From: Octopus vulgaris
Taxonomy: Eukaryota
NCBI GenBank assembly: GCA_951406725.2
Contig: OX597822.1
Span: forward strand, 114,762,001-114,826,000
Reading direction: 5' to 3'
DNA length: 64,000 nucleotides
Shown: one piece after another, positions 1 through 11,785 of the stretch
Numbering within the stretch: position 1 is the stretch's first letter
How the letters are laid out: each line of letters starts with the position of its first letter
Translations under genes and position numbers: made by a program
The notes under the pieces: model-generated
The model's input: the letters and a program-made list of their open reading frames with translations, nothing else
The model's database searches: none
What the model was told of the DNA's origin: nothing

Positions 1-305
1 CATTAATGACATTTTGGAAATTAATAAGAATTAATATAATGTACTCTTGACTCCGTATATCTGCATTTAGGTATTAATATGTGTATGTTTTTCTACATTG
101 TAATTATCACAATATTAAGTTGAAAAACTGTAACATTGAATGTGGAACATATGTATGTTTATTGATCTATATTATTTATATCATTATGTATATTTATATG
201 TATAGGAGTATGAGTATATGCACTCATATGTATATGTATATGTTTTATTATGGGTATGTACCCACACCTATATAAGTATGTATGTAATCTGATTTGTATC
301 ACATA

Positions 306-432
306 ATCTCCGAAGAGGCCTTAGGATATTTTTGTAAATGTCTCATTTATAACAACATATTGACCTACCATAAATGGCTAATATAAGTAAAATGAGACAT
401 ACTTATCTACATGGCCGAAACAGCTGTAAGAT
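306..432 (+). ncRNA. Type I hammerhead ribozyme fold with long stem II insert (Penelope-type terminal repeat remnant, region ~1-740)
   Basis: atct-CCGAAGA-ggcc...(~90 nt, containing a tgtctcattt/aaatgagaca hairpin)...ggcc-GAAA-cagctg-TA-agat. Stem I atct/agat, stem II ggcc/ggcc, palindromic helix III acagctgt, GUA site at 426-428. Core has U4>C. Confidence 0.65.
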
Positions 433-739
433 GTAGTCTATATTTATATCTATGTGTACTTATATTTATTTTCTCTTATACATATTCTACTTATTGTATA
501 ACATTACTCTTTTATGTACACTCCTTTATGTACACTGTTTTGCCCTACATTATTATGTTTAACCTTATAGTTTCTTATGTGGTGGTTTAATAAAGTATGT
601 GATTGAGTATTATCTGGTAATTGATATTTGATTTCAATGTATTTCTCTATTTTCTTATTTTGTATTATGAATTTGTGGTAAAACATTTTACCTTTGCCCA
701 TATAATACAGTAAATGAATTGATTGCATCGCAATTCTTA

Positions 740-834
740 ACATTTATGTATTAACCTTGCTGGGTACTTCACTAGCAGTATACTGGATATATGTTATCCC
801 ATGGGGGGTTGCACTCACAACCCCTATCTCAATT

Positions 835-880
<46 letters not shown>

Positions 881-1009
881 TACATGCATACGTACATACA
901 TAAATACATACATAACATTTATGTATTAACTTTGCTGGGTACTTCACTAGCAGTATATTCGATATATGTTATCCCATGGAAGGTTGCATTTACAACCCCT
1001 ATCTCAATT

Positions 1010-1063
<54 letters not shown>

Positions 1064-1086
1064 TACATGCATACGTACATACATAA

Positions 1087-1093
<7 letters not shown>
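740..1093. repeat. Tandem duplication of a ~177-bp unit containing a (TA)n tract
   Basis: acatttatgtattaac..ttgctgggtacttcactagcagtat...caacccctatctcaatttgta(ta)n gcatacatgcatacgtacatacataaatacata occurs twice (~740-912 and ~917-1093). Confidence 0.9.
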
Positions 1094-1128
<35 letters not shown>

Positions 1129-1293
1129 TTGTTATCGCCATATTAATATGGCATTCTTATAGATATAAGAATAATCGCTGCCGCTGGTCAGCTCCATGAG
1201 GCCACCGCCTTAAGATAGCTATTGATACACGATCTGTATCCATTATAACCTTCGAACAAGGGAGGTCAGCCGCTTCACACTGCCAGTCCGACA

Positions 1294-1331
1294 GCTACAG
1301 ACGCGTTTCGGGGTATTGCCCCTTGTCAATG
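1294..1331 (-). ncRNA. Inverted, 5'-truncated copy of the same hammerhead
   Basis: Reverse complement reads cattgacaaggggcaataccccgaaacgcgtctgtagc. Most of the 5' strand of stem I is lost at the inversion junction. Confidence 0.75.
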
Positions 1332-1625
1332 ACCTCCCTTGTTCGAAGGTTATAATGGATACAGATTGTGTATCAATAGCTATCTTAAGGCGGTGGCCCC
1401 ATGGAGCTGACCAGCGGCAGCGATTATTCTTATATCTATAAGAATGCCATATTAATATGGCGATAACAATTATTTCCAGTAAACGCTGTCGTAATCTCTT
1501 TTATAGAGACTTAGTAATTTTAATATTTCTATTATTGAAAACAAGTGGATGTATTCCACTGTAACTAGGTAAATATAAGCCTTCGAACAGAGACGTCAGT
1601 GGCGACACCTGCGGGGTCTGACTGC

Positions 1626-1667
1626 GCTACATTGACAAGGGGCAATACCCCGAAACGCGTCTGTAGC
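1626..1667 (+). ncRNA. Minimal type I hammerhead ribozyme, U3-A8 core variant
   Basis: gctaca-TTGACAA-gggg caata cccc-GAAA-cgcg-TC-tgtagc. 6-bp stem I, 4-bp stem II, palindromic helix III acgcgt, GUC cleavage triplet ending at 1661. Confidence 0.85.
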
Positions 1668-2019
1668 TGTCGGACTGGCAGTGTGAAGCGGCTGACCTCC
1701 CTTGTTCGAAGGTTATAATGGATACAGATCGTGTATCAATAGCTATCTTAAGGCGGTGGCCTCATGGAGCTGACCAGCGGCAGCGATTATTCTTATATCT
1801 ATAAGAATGCCATATTAATATGGCGATAACAATTATTTCCAGTAAACGCTGTCGTAATCTCTTTTATAGAGACTTAGTAATTTTAATATTTCTATTATAT
1901 ATATATATATGGGGGAGGGGCTGGTTGTGTGTGTGTTTAATTTTGGTATATGGTTTAAAATGATGCATTTTGGGTCATTTTACCATTAATCACACACACG
2001 TATAGTTCAAGTGCAGCTA

Positions 2020-2056
2020 TTAATTATTATTGTTATTGTTGTTGTTGTTGTTGTTA

Positions 2057-2143
<87 letters not shown>
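2020..2143. repeat. (GTT)n/(TAT)n trinucleotide microsatellite
   Basis: Direct reading; source of the poly-I and poly-L ORF artefacts. Confidence 0.95.
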
Positions 2144-2144
<1 letters not shown>

Positions 2145-3172
2145 TGGTAGATTGGTTAACATGCCGGGCAAAATTCTTTGTGGCATTTCATCACCCACAG
2201 GTGAAACTCAGAGCAGGAAAAGACTGACTTGGCTGAAATAATATATATCATCCATCAAGTATTGAATGCTTTCTATCTAACAACTTACACTAGAAATATA
2301 TGTTTGTGTCTACGTGAGTATCAGCGAAACGTCTTTAAGAACGTACGTTTGGTATTGAGAGAGAAAGAAAATTACAAATATAAATATACACTCAACAATC
2401 ACAGACTGCGCGATTCCTTATGTAAACGATTCGAGGACATTTTCCCCTCGAATAGTGAAAAAATAATACAGCATAATTACGCAACAAATATGTTTACACC
2501 ATAAAATAAATAATACCACGTTGAACACATCATAATAAATAAATGCTTTAAAAGTGGTTTGAATTGCAAACAAGATAAATATCTTCGGATGCAGAAGTAG
2601 CGGTAATGAAAATGACAGCAACTTAATAACAATTTAGATTGGCAAGGAAAAAAAAGAACCATGAGTTAGCCAAAGAAAAGGAATTGGCTTTAGAGACACC
2701 AGATAGAATAGAATAACAAAAGTTATCACATTAAAAATGGATTTATTCTGTTGTACCCAGTGTGACATTATTTATTCTGTTGAGCAAACATGTGTTATCG
2801 TAATTATGTGTTTTTTTTTCTGTTGTGCAAGTAGGGCATGTCCCTGAATGATCTACTTAAGGATTTGCGCATCAGTTGTATAATAAATTTTGTGAATCTG
2901 TATATAATATCGAAATTGGGCAATACTAGTAAAGAAAACCCGACAGATTGATCAATGAAGAATCAACACATAAATATTAAAACGTACAAAACCCAATCAA
3001 AATACTACTAAGAAATTAGCTAATGAAAACAAGAGAGACTCAGAGAAAAAACATGCACCGCTACACAAGATAAGACACCAGTTTTCTATACCAACAATGT
3101 GTCACACGGGGACATGAAATACGAATCGAAAGAAAATATTTCAATTTAAGTATTTTATATGTGCGTGTGTAG

Positions 3173-3245
<73 letters not shown>

Positions 3246-3408
3246 TGAGAAAGTTGGTGTGTGAAAGGACGTGGTTGAATATATAGAAAATAGTGAAAAT
3301 AGTGAAAAAACTACAGAAGGCTTGTTTTAGAAGGTTAAAAAATATATATTTGAGTTATTATGTCTGAAGAATGTTATAAATTTTTTTCATACAATGACAT
3401 AGTTTTTG

Positions 3409-3447
3409 AAGAAAGACCGGTTTCGCGTTCAGCTTTTCAAATTTCTT
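3409..3447 (-). ncRNA. Minimal hammerhead in Penelope 3' UTR, U3-A8 variant
   Basis: Reverse complement: aagaaa-t-TTGAAAA-gc tgaac gc-GAAA-ccgg-TC-tttctt. Palindromic helix III accggt, one extra nt before the core. Confidence 0.65.
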
Positions 3448-3549
3448 ACATCGTTATGTTTACGTTGAGAAGTGTGAAGGAGAGTGAAAGAGAGTTCCAG
3501 ATAAGGGGAGGTAATAAGTGATTTCTTCCGGTGTAAGGGAGATAATCGC

Positions 3550-4500
3550 TTAATATTTCTTGCCTTTCTTTTGGAGTGAGTTTCTCTGTATAAGAATGTT
3601 GGAATGGTTAAGTTTGGGCTTGTATTTTTCAATGAAGAATGTTTCCTTGTTTAGTCTAATATGTGTTGGTGTTCCGATAGCACATTGGTAAAATGGAAAG
3701 ATTAAAAATTGTGGTAGTAGTTGCTTTGCGCATTTCTCAATGTGCTCACTAAAGGGTATCATTCTGTATTCTGGGAATGCAATCTGTTGTCGATGCAGTG
3801 TGCATCTACGTCTGAGTGATAGTCCCGTGGACCCCACGTGGTTTTGGTGGCAGCCCGGGCATTTTATGACATAAATTATGTTTTCAGAGGCACAAGTAAA
3901 ATTAGATTTGATCTTGAATTTCTGTCCCTCTTTGAAGAGGAATTCTGATCCTTCTAGCAGGTTTGGACATGTTGCACAGTTCGGTCTACCACATTTTTTT
4001 ACTTTTGCATCCGTAATTTCAGAAAACAATTTTCCCTTTGTGAGAATCTTTTAAAGTGATTTAGGTTGTTTGTAGCTTTTAATGATTTGGTGTGTGTTTA
4101 AAATTTCCTTTAATTTGGGGTCCTTATGAAGTATTGGTAAATTCTGGGTGATGATGGTGAAGGCTTCTTTGTTTCTGGGGTTGTATGTGGATATGTAAGG
4201 TAGTATTTTCGGGGAAGGTGTGTTGTTGTGTTGAACTTTTCTCAAAGTTTCTATGTTGATTTCTGTTGCACGTCTGATCCCATACTCTATGAGTTGAGCT
4301 GGGTAATGTCTGTCAATTAGGGTGTTTTTGAGTTCTTGCAGTCTAAAGTTCCTGGTATTTTGTTCTGACACTATTGTGCATATCCTTCTTGCAAGGTTGA
4401 AAGGGATGTTTGTTTTAGTGTGTCTTGGGTGGCATGAATCAAAAAGTAGGTATTGTTTGGCGTCTGTGACTTTGTAAAAAATGTCTGTTTCTATTTTAGA
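3550..4500 (-). pseudogene. Penelope RT C-terminus/thumb plus GIY-YIG endonuclease (disrupted by a stop at ~4051)
   Basis: TDIFYKVTDAKQYLLFDSCHPRHTKTNIPFNLARRICTI, then KKCGRPNCATC, TCASENIIYVIKCPGCHQNHVGST..LRRRCTLH, KETFFIEKYKPKLN. Confidence 0.9.
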
Positions 4501-4509
4501 CGACCTTTT

Positions 4510-5280
4510 GATTTTTTTTCACAGAGTTCTAGAGTGACCGTTTTTCACCATCTTCTTGTAACACCCATACATTTGTCCCATGATCTTTGTAAGTGACTCG
4601 TAACATTCTCCAATACATCCACATTTCAAACATATTTGATTTTGTTCTCTTCAAATTTCTTCAGAGTCCATCCTTCGCAACCATAAATACTTATCAGCCA
4701 AATGAGTGCTCATATGGGCCTTATTTTCTAAATTTAATTGTGGCACTTTTGCTGGTTCAGTTGTTATCAAGCTTTTCCCTAGACGTTCCTGCCATGGCTA
4801 ACCGTGACCTAATTTCTTACTTGTATCTTCATCTGAGATCTGGGCTCCAGCATACTTGTACAATTTAACCTGTTCGAGCTTCTCACTATTCAGTCTGATG
4901 TTAACGTTTACTTACTCTTTTCCTACTACGGTGACTTTTGTTTTATTATAATTCAGATAAAGACTATGCGCATGCCTTCTCGATTCTATATATCATTTCT
5001 TGCAGTCCGGTTTCGGTTTTGGCAAGTAGAGCACTGTTGTCTGCCCATCTTAGATTAGAAATATGCAAAATATACCATCTTTTTCCTGTATTGGTTCTCG
5101 CATTATCCATTAATTGGATAATGAGGTATTTCGAAATACCAAGATTGGTCATGATGCGTCACATGTGGCTATAGTTTTCACAGTCAACGGCCTTTCTGTA
5201 GTCAACGTACCAAAGCAAAGCTGTAAGGTTGTGAGCTCTTGTATTTTTCCCTAAAATGGTTTAAAATTTATTCACCAGCT
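4510..5280 (-). pseudogene. Degraded RTE-clade LINE reverse transcriptase fragment
   Basis: VDYRKAVD-like motif near 5200 and ISNLRWADNSALLAKTETGLQEMIYRI (decayed YADD region). Confidence 0.7.
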
Positions 5281-5299
5281 TCTGTTGAGAACGATGAAA

Positions 5300-6165
5300 T
5301 GGTTTAACTTTTCTATGAAAAACTGCAGAACACAATGAGCAAATCACCAAAGCGGGACATAGTAGTCACTATGCGAGACATCAATGCCAAAGTAGGACAA
5401 ACACCTCTAATAAGAGAAGTTATTGGATGGCATGGTGCAGGAATGGCAAATGGCAGAGGATGGAGACTTGCAAAATTCTGCGACGCAAACAAGATAATTT
5501 ACTTGACAAAAAATCAGATAGATTTCATTCTTGTTCAACACAGAAGGAAATCAAACATCGCAATCTGCAGAGCATACCCCAGAGCCGACTGCGATTCTAA
5601 CCACTATCATCTTATGGCTACATAGATCATGCGAATGAAAAACTTGAAAAAGAAACATCCGCCCATGCAATATAATCTCGAAACCCTCAGAGAATAAACG
5701 GTAGCTATCATCAGCAGATTTGAAACGCTACTGAAGATGCAAGAAGGGAAGAGCCCAGATAATAATGTGGCAATAGATGAAAACTGAAATTCTTGACTCT
5801 GCCGAAATACACTTGCCCAAAAGAAAAAAAAAAGAAAAAGTATCATAAAGCAAACACGGATGGCTTTTGTTGAAAAATAATGGAAGACTGCAAGAATCTT
5901 GTGTTCCGACTCAGAAGAATATAAAAAGATCAACAAAGAAGTTAAGCGAGAATGTCAGAAAGATATAAACAATTACATAACCAATTTGTACGAAAATCAT
6001 GAACCAGTAACACGTAAGAACACGAAAGGTCTTTTCAAACAAGTGAAGGAACTCATAAACGAATACGCTGAAAAGAGGGCAGCATCAAATCACAGAGAAA
6101 ACAGACCTAACAGCAGCACAACAGATAAACCAAAGATGGTTAGAGAACACCGAGAAATTGTCTAA
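5300..6165 (+). pseudogene. Degraded RTE-clade LINE APE endonuclease and linker
   Basis: PKRDIVVTMRDINAKVG, NGRGWRLAKFCDAN, NQIDFILVQ..CRAYPRADCDSNH, EYKKINKEVKRECQKD. Confidence 0.8.
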
Positions 6166-7224
6166 CATGTAAGTTTAATACTTTTGAGTGTGGTTTGAAC
6201 TGAGTTGGTGAATTTATTATCACAGAGTATGTGTGTGTGTGTGTGTGTGTGCATGTGAAAAAGTTTCAGAGATTTAGAAAACAAATTACAGTTGATGCAA
6301 ATATATAATGAGTTATTATTTCAGATATAATTTTAGAGATTCCAAACAATACTTTTGCTTTTCATTTTAACCTGAAACATTTTTGCCAGACCTAGCTCCA
6401 AATTCTAGTTCATTATGTAATTGTAGATTTAGCTTTTCTGAGAATCACAACATCTTGAAATAGCACGCTATATCTCTGGACAGAAGATCTGTAGATATTT
6501 CTAAATGTCGACACAAAAGAGTACTTTCCAGAGTCAGTTTCATTCGACTCACTTGGAAAATAATGCCAGAAAAAAATTAATAGTTTGCTCCCTTGCTAAC
6601 GGAAGTTAATTATGTTTGAGTTGCTTTTCTTGACATTCTTGCACGGTAATGTCTTATGCAAAATCCTGCAATCACTCCTATCTCTTGACCTGCTTCGGCC
6701 AACGGAAAACAATCTTACAAGTAACCAGTACATATTAACCTTTCAAGTAACATGCAACAAACGCTTCATTCATGATGAATATTATATTCAGTTAATGTCT
6801 ACTTCAGAAACACCGAGTAATGGCCACTTGTAACAGAAATCTGAGGTGATTTCTACTTGCCGTCACAGCAAACGGTGAACGACTATTTCGAAAAAATAAT
6901 TCCTGAGTATTCCTTTTTAAGGAGAGTTAATCTTGACTATGTTTATTTCTTTATGCTAGCAGCATTTTCACATTCTTGTAGCATTCTCCTAGCATAAGAT
7001 ACTCTGCAGTATTATACATACTAACAGTTTGAAATTATTTCTACCACGTGATCTACTTCGACCAAGGGTAAATCAGGTTTATCAACTAAGAATAAGAACC
7101 CAACTTGAGAGTCGCATGTGATTTATACTTCATTAATGACGGATATATGACTGACTAACACGTCTATCTGTGTCAATGAAAAACCCAATAGCAGATGCTT
7201 GAATCACCGAATATTCACCTAGAG

Positions 7225-7481
7225 CAGAGGTTCTCAACCATTTCTTACCAATGTATCCCCTTGATACCTATTTTGCTTGGGTGAATCCTCTCAAACCCAT
7301 TCGATGTTTAAAAACAATCCTATATTATTTTTATAAATAAATTTACATGTATAGCAATTGTACAAGATATTGTTAAGATATTTTGTATGTTGTAGAAGTA
7401 TAACAATTTATTGCACATAAACTTTAGCAACAAAATCTATGGATCTCCAAGGGTCATGTGGACCCCAGATGAAAACCACTG
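7225..7481. mobile_element. hAT-type MITE
   Basis: TIRs cagaggttctcaacc / gatgaaaaccactg with an 8-bp TSD acctagag (7217-7224) / acctagac (7482-7489). Related copy at 47625-47896. Confidence 0.8.
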
Positions 7482-7791
7482 ACCTAGACATGTACACACA
7501 AACATACAAAAACTAACAAGCATATACTGTTTTCAATTTCGTTTTCGTCTCTTGTATTCACATCCGTCTTGTGCGTTCACATTCCTGTCTTCTACCAAGA
7601 AATCTAACGCTTACAGCTTAGTTTTTTTTCTTGGGGCTGGCCGAGTTGGAGCAAATATCAGAATTGAACAGCCGAAATTTGCTATGATGATTCGGTGTCT
7701 GACTGAAGATTGAAGGCTTCGAATGATTTGTCTGTGTTCCGTGTTCGTCCCTTCCTGTATTTCACGTTCATTATATATAAAAACATTCATT

Positions 7792-7864
<73 letters not shown>

Positions 7865-7917
7865 GTGTGCATACTACATATAAATATAAATAAGTAATAA
7901 TTGATAGATAAGTGTCA

Positions 7918-8003
7918 ATTGATTACAGCCGTTTCTAACGAATTTTTTAATTGATCAAGAAGTACATTATATCATTATAACAAACCTTTTTCATCAGATG
8001 AAT
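7918..8003 (-). ncRNA. Degenerate hammerhead remnant
   Basis: Reverse complement: attcat-CTGATGA-...-GAAA-cggctg-TA-atcaat. Stem II closing pair missing; adjacent to (TA)n. Confidence 0.4.
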
Positions 8004-8184
8004 ACATAAATTTTACAATCAAGGACATCTAAAAACATATTTGTATTCACGACACATACATATTTTGTGATCCCACCACCATCGCTCACCTAACTAGGTG
8101 CCTTACCTTTACCGGAGAAAATTCTATCTCATACCTATTTATGAAATAGAAAGAAAAAAGAGCTCAGCAGTACCAGTAAATTAT

Positions 8185-8773
<589 letters not shown>

Positions 8774-9445
8774 AGATTGCCAGACAAATCCCTTTATTGT
8801 CCTTGTGTTCTTAGTTTAAATCTCGCTCCTTTTATCTCATTGAAAATAAATAGCAGCCAAGAGATAGACCGATATAATAAACGGTTTTCTTCCCTCAAAT
8901 ATGTGCCCTGGGGCCTAGGGCAGAAATAATTATTAATATAGCTCGTCTTCTCGTCCTGTCTTCCACACTTCTAGTCACCATTAGTAAAGTACTAATATAT
9001 CATTTGTTCGTCTGGGTTATCTGGCGCCACAATAAGCCCGCCCCTTTTGTCGTTCGACGGTTACTTGTTTCAAAGATGAAAAAGAAAAAAAAAAAGAAAA
9101 AAAGAAAATAAGGCAAACAATCGTTCCAAATCGGTGAGTCGAAAGATTTAATCCTAACCACTGTGACTTTTACTGGAACAGTATATAATTGCCTTATAAG
9201 ATGTCAAAGAAAAAATTAACAGCCACCTCATTACATCCCCACTCCAACTCAGCTATCCTTATTGCAATCACGTTGGAAGTTTCTCTGCAAGAATTGTCTG
9301 GCTAAATATTTTTTTTACATTTTCTCAAGCTTACCATTTTTTTTAAAGGGAGAAGAAAATCGTTTTCTTTACCAGCGACGCCATATTTAAAAAGACAATT
9401 ACAAGCCTTGATTGTTACATGCATATACATGTGTGTGTGTGTGTG

Positions 9446-9488
<43 letters not shown>

Positions 9489-9530
9489 CAATAATAATTC
9501 TCTAAAAGGGATATAGACAGTAACTGCTCG

Positions 9531-9840
9531 ATAACATAAGGGACTAAAGCCATCTGAATATGGCTAGGGACAGGGCAGGGTGGTGGGGGTGTTACTGTTG
9601 CATTTAGCCCCAGGCGAACATCGACGTCACCAGAAAGGCTCGACACCGTCACGGTGCCCTAAACCTGCAAAGGGAGGTAATTCCCCGATCGGGGAATTAC
9701 CTCCCTTTGCAGGTTTAGGCACCGTGACGGTGTCGAGCCTTTCTGGTGACGTCGATGTTCGCCTGAGCTAAATGCAACAGTAACACCCCCACCACCCTGC
9801 CCTGTCCCTAGCCATATTCAGATGGCTTTAGTCTCTTATG

Positions 9841-9844
<4 letters not shown>
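9531..9844. repeat. Near-perfect ~314-bp palindrome (fold-back element) in (TA)n
   Basis: Arms are reverse complements about ...ttccccGA|TCggggaa... (centre 9688/9689), with no spacer and only a few differences. Confidence 0.95.
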
Positions 9845-9873
<29 letters not shown>

Positions 9874-10199
9874 TGAACGTATTTGAATGTACATATATTT
9901 GTATACACGTATACATATATATAAATATATATACTTATATATATTGGCCTGCTCGCTTAGCCAGCGGGATGGCCTCATTTGGAGGCTAAAACAATGCGAA
10001 GCGCATTGTGACCAGCGATGTGTAGCAAAATTTGATAGCCTGGTTGGTCACGGTGATCTCGGTGATATACTTATATATGCATACACACATACGCATATAT
10101 TTTTATATGTGTGTGTATAGATGTGTGTATGTGTATCAGTATCATAATATATTGCTTTAGGTGTTATTTAAATCATCCGTACGGTTGTAGTTTCTTCTG

Positions 10200-10238
<39 letters not shown>

Positions 10239-10289
10239 CACTTATTTGATATAGATGTTAGTTTCGTTAATATTATTATTGTCCCTTTA

Positions 10290-10478
10290 AAAGCGGAGAC
10301 CTGGCAGAATCTTAGCACGCCGGGAAAAACAGTGCTTAATGGCATTTCGTCCGTCTTTACGTTCAGAGTTCAAATTCCGCCAGGGACTAGTTTGCCTTTC
10401 ATCCCCTTTTGGGTTGATAAAATAAGTACCAGTTGAGTACTGGTGTCGATGTAATCGACATAATCTCACCCCACGCAA
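10290..10478 (+). mobile_element. tRNA-derived SINE family B (Meta/MESC-like central domain)
   Basis: ggcgg.gagctggcagaa head, gagttcaaat B-box, tttgcctttcatcc..tt.ggg..gataa..taagtaccag core. A degenerate copy follows at ~10528-10720. Confidence 0.8.
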
Positions 10479-11574
10479 TTGATAGCGTTATGGCAAAATT
10501 TTAAATCAAAAATTTTATGTCACTTGGAGTTAGTTGGTGCATTGGCAGAATCATTATATTGCCGAACAAAGTGCCAAAAATGCATTATAGTTATTAGTTT
10601 CGGCTTTTTACCTTTTGAGTTCAAATCCCATCATAGTTGCTTTGCCTTTTCATGCTTCCGAGGTAAATAAGATAAAGTACTAGTTCAGGTAAATAATGAG
10701 GGTCTCGATATAATCTACTTGAAACGCCTAATCCTAACCAAATATTGCTCTGTTGCTATGACAGTAATCTGTAAATAGTTATAATGTCCAGAGAGAGTTG
10801 AACAGCAGATCTTCAGAGAAGAAACCCGCTTCTTTTGCACGTATTCCTATTGGACTTACAAGTCGAAATCCTGTCGAATCTGGCCTTATTACTATGTTAG
10901 TTATGAGTAGCTTGTAAGAAACTCTAGGGACAGTTGACCAGCAGAAGATCTCCATAGAAAAGGCACCGTCCCTTATACAAGTGTTTCGACCATTAATTTA
11001 TATATGATTTAAGAGTTTAAACCCTACAATTTCTGGCCTCATTGTTATGCCAGTTATGAATAAGTTTTCAGAAATTCAAGCGAAGTGTTGAACAGAAAAA
11101 AGTCTTCCCATCTTATTGCAGTTGCTTCGATCTTTTACTCCAATAGGATATAATGATAAAAGTTCTGCCAAATACGGTTTTCTTCCTGCAACTAATCAAC
11201 ATAATTTTCACTTGGAACGATTTCAGAAATTTTCAAAATGATTTTTTTCTTTTAAAACATGAATGGAAGAATTTATCACATACGTTCGTGATTAAAACTA
11301 GGAAAACCTTATTTAAAGAAATTTAAGCAACCTCTTGTATCGTCGAGATTTATATTAGGCATGTTCTTCATCGTATAATGTCAAGGAAACTCTACGTGAC
11401 AACTTACTAGAAATAACAGCAGAATTTCTCACAATAATTCCTAAAACCTTTAAACAATATCCCTAAAAACAACTGCTGGTTACGGTTAGAATGCATTTGA
11501 TAAGAGGTTTGCCCAAATAAGATTTACCTTGGGTAAAACACCAACAATAAAAACAACTGATCTCTTGCAATATT

Positions 11575-11785
11575 GGGTTCAAATTTTGTCACAAAGCTAG
11601 CAATTTCGGGAGAGGAGATAAGTCGATTATATCGACCCTTGTCTTCAATTAGTACTTATTTTACCGACCCCGAAAAGATGAAACGCAGAGCCGACCTCGG
11701 CAGAATCTGAACTCAGAATGTAAAACGGATGAAAGGTCAGAAAGCATTTTGTCCGGCGTGCTAACTGTTCTACTATTTACCGTCT
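11575..11785 (-). mobile_element. SINE family B copy
   Basis: tacttatttta.cgaccccgaaa.gatgaaa.gca.ag.cgacctcggc.gaat.tgaactcagaa. Confidence 0.8.

Larger units (their letters stand above)
1125..1897 (+). mobile_element. Non-autonomous hammerhead-bearing element (retrozyme or Penelope pLTR-like): inverted copy plus 363-bp tandem unit
   Basis: 1125-1331 is the reverse complement of ~1630-1835. 1332-1543 is directly repeated from 1695 (offset 363). No ORF, (TA)n on both sides. Confidence 0.85.
3244..4500 (-). mobile_element. Penelope-like element (Neptune-type), 5'-truncated
   Basis: RT thumb region, Cys linker and GIY-YIG ORF on the minus strand, then a 3' UTR with a hammerhead, ending at (TA)n 3174-3243. 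Confidence 0.9.

Noticed and set aside
740-1897. Direct repeats as a CRISPR array
   Set aside because: Units are 177-363 bp with no short repeat and unique spacer periodicity, no cas genes, and a eukaryotic context.
7625-7690. ggctg...cagcc-GAAA hairpin in a short repeat
   Set aside because: No CUGANGA box or helix III.
9600-9680. Hammerhead, twister or pistol fold within the palindrome arm
   Set aside because: Some topology is suggestive (tttag/ctaaa, GACA-ccgtcacgg-T, ccct/aggg), but the conserved cores are absent; no class can be assigned.
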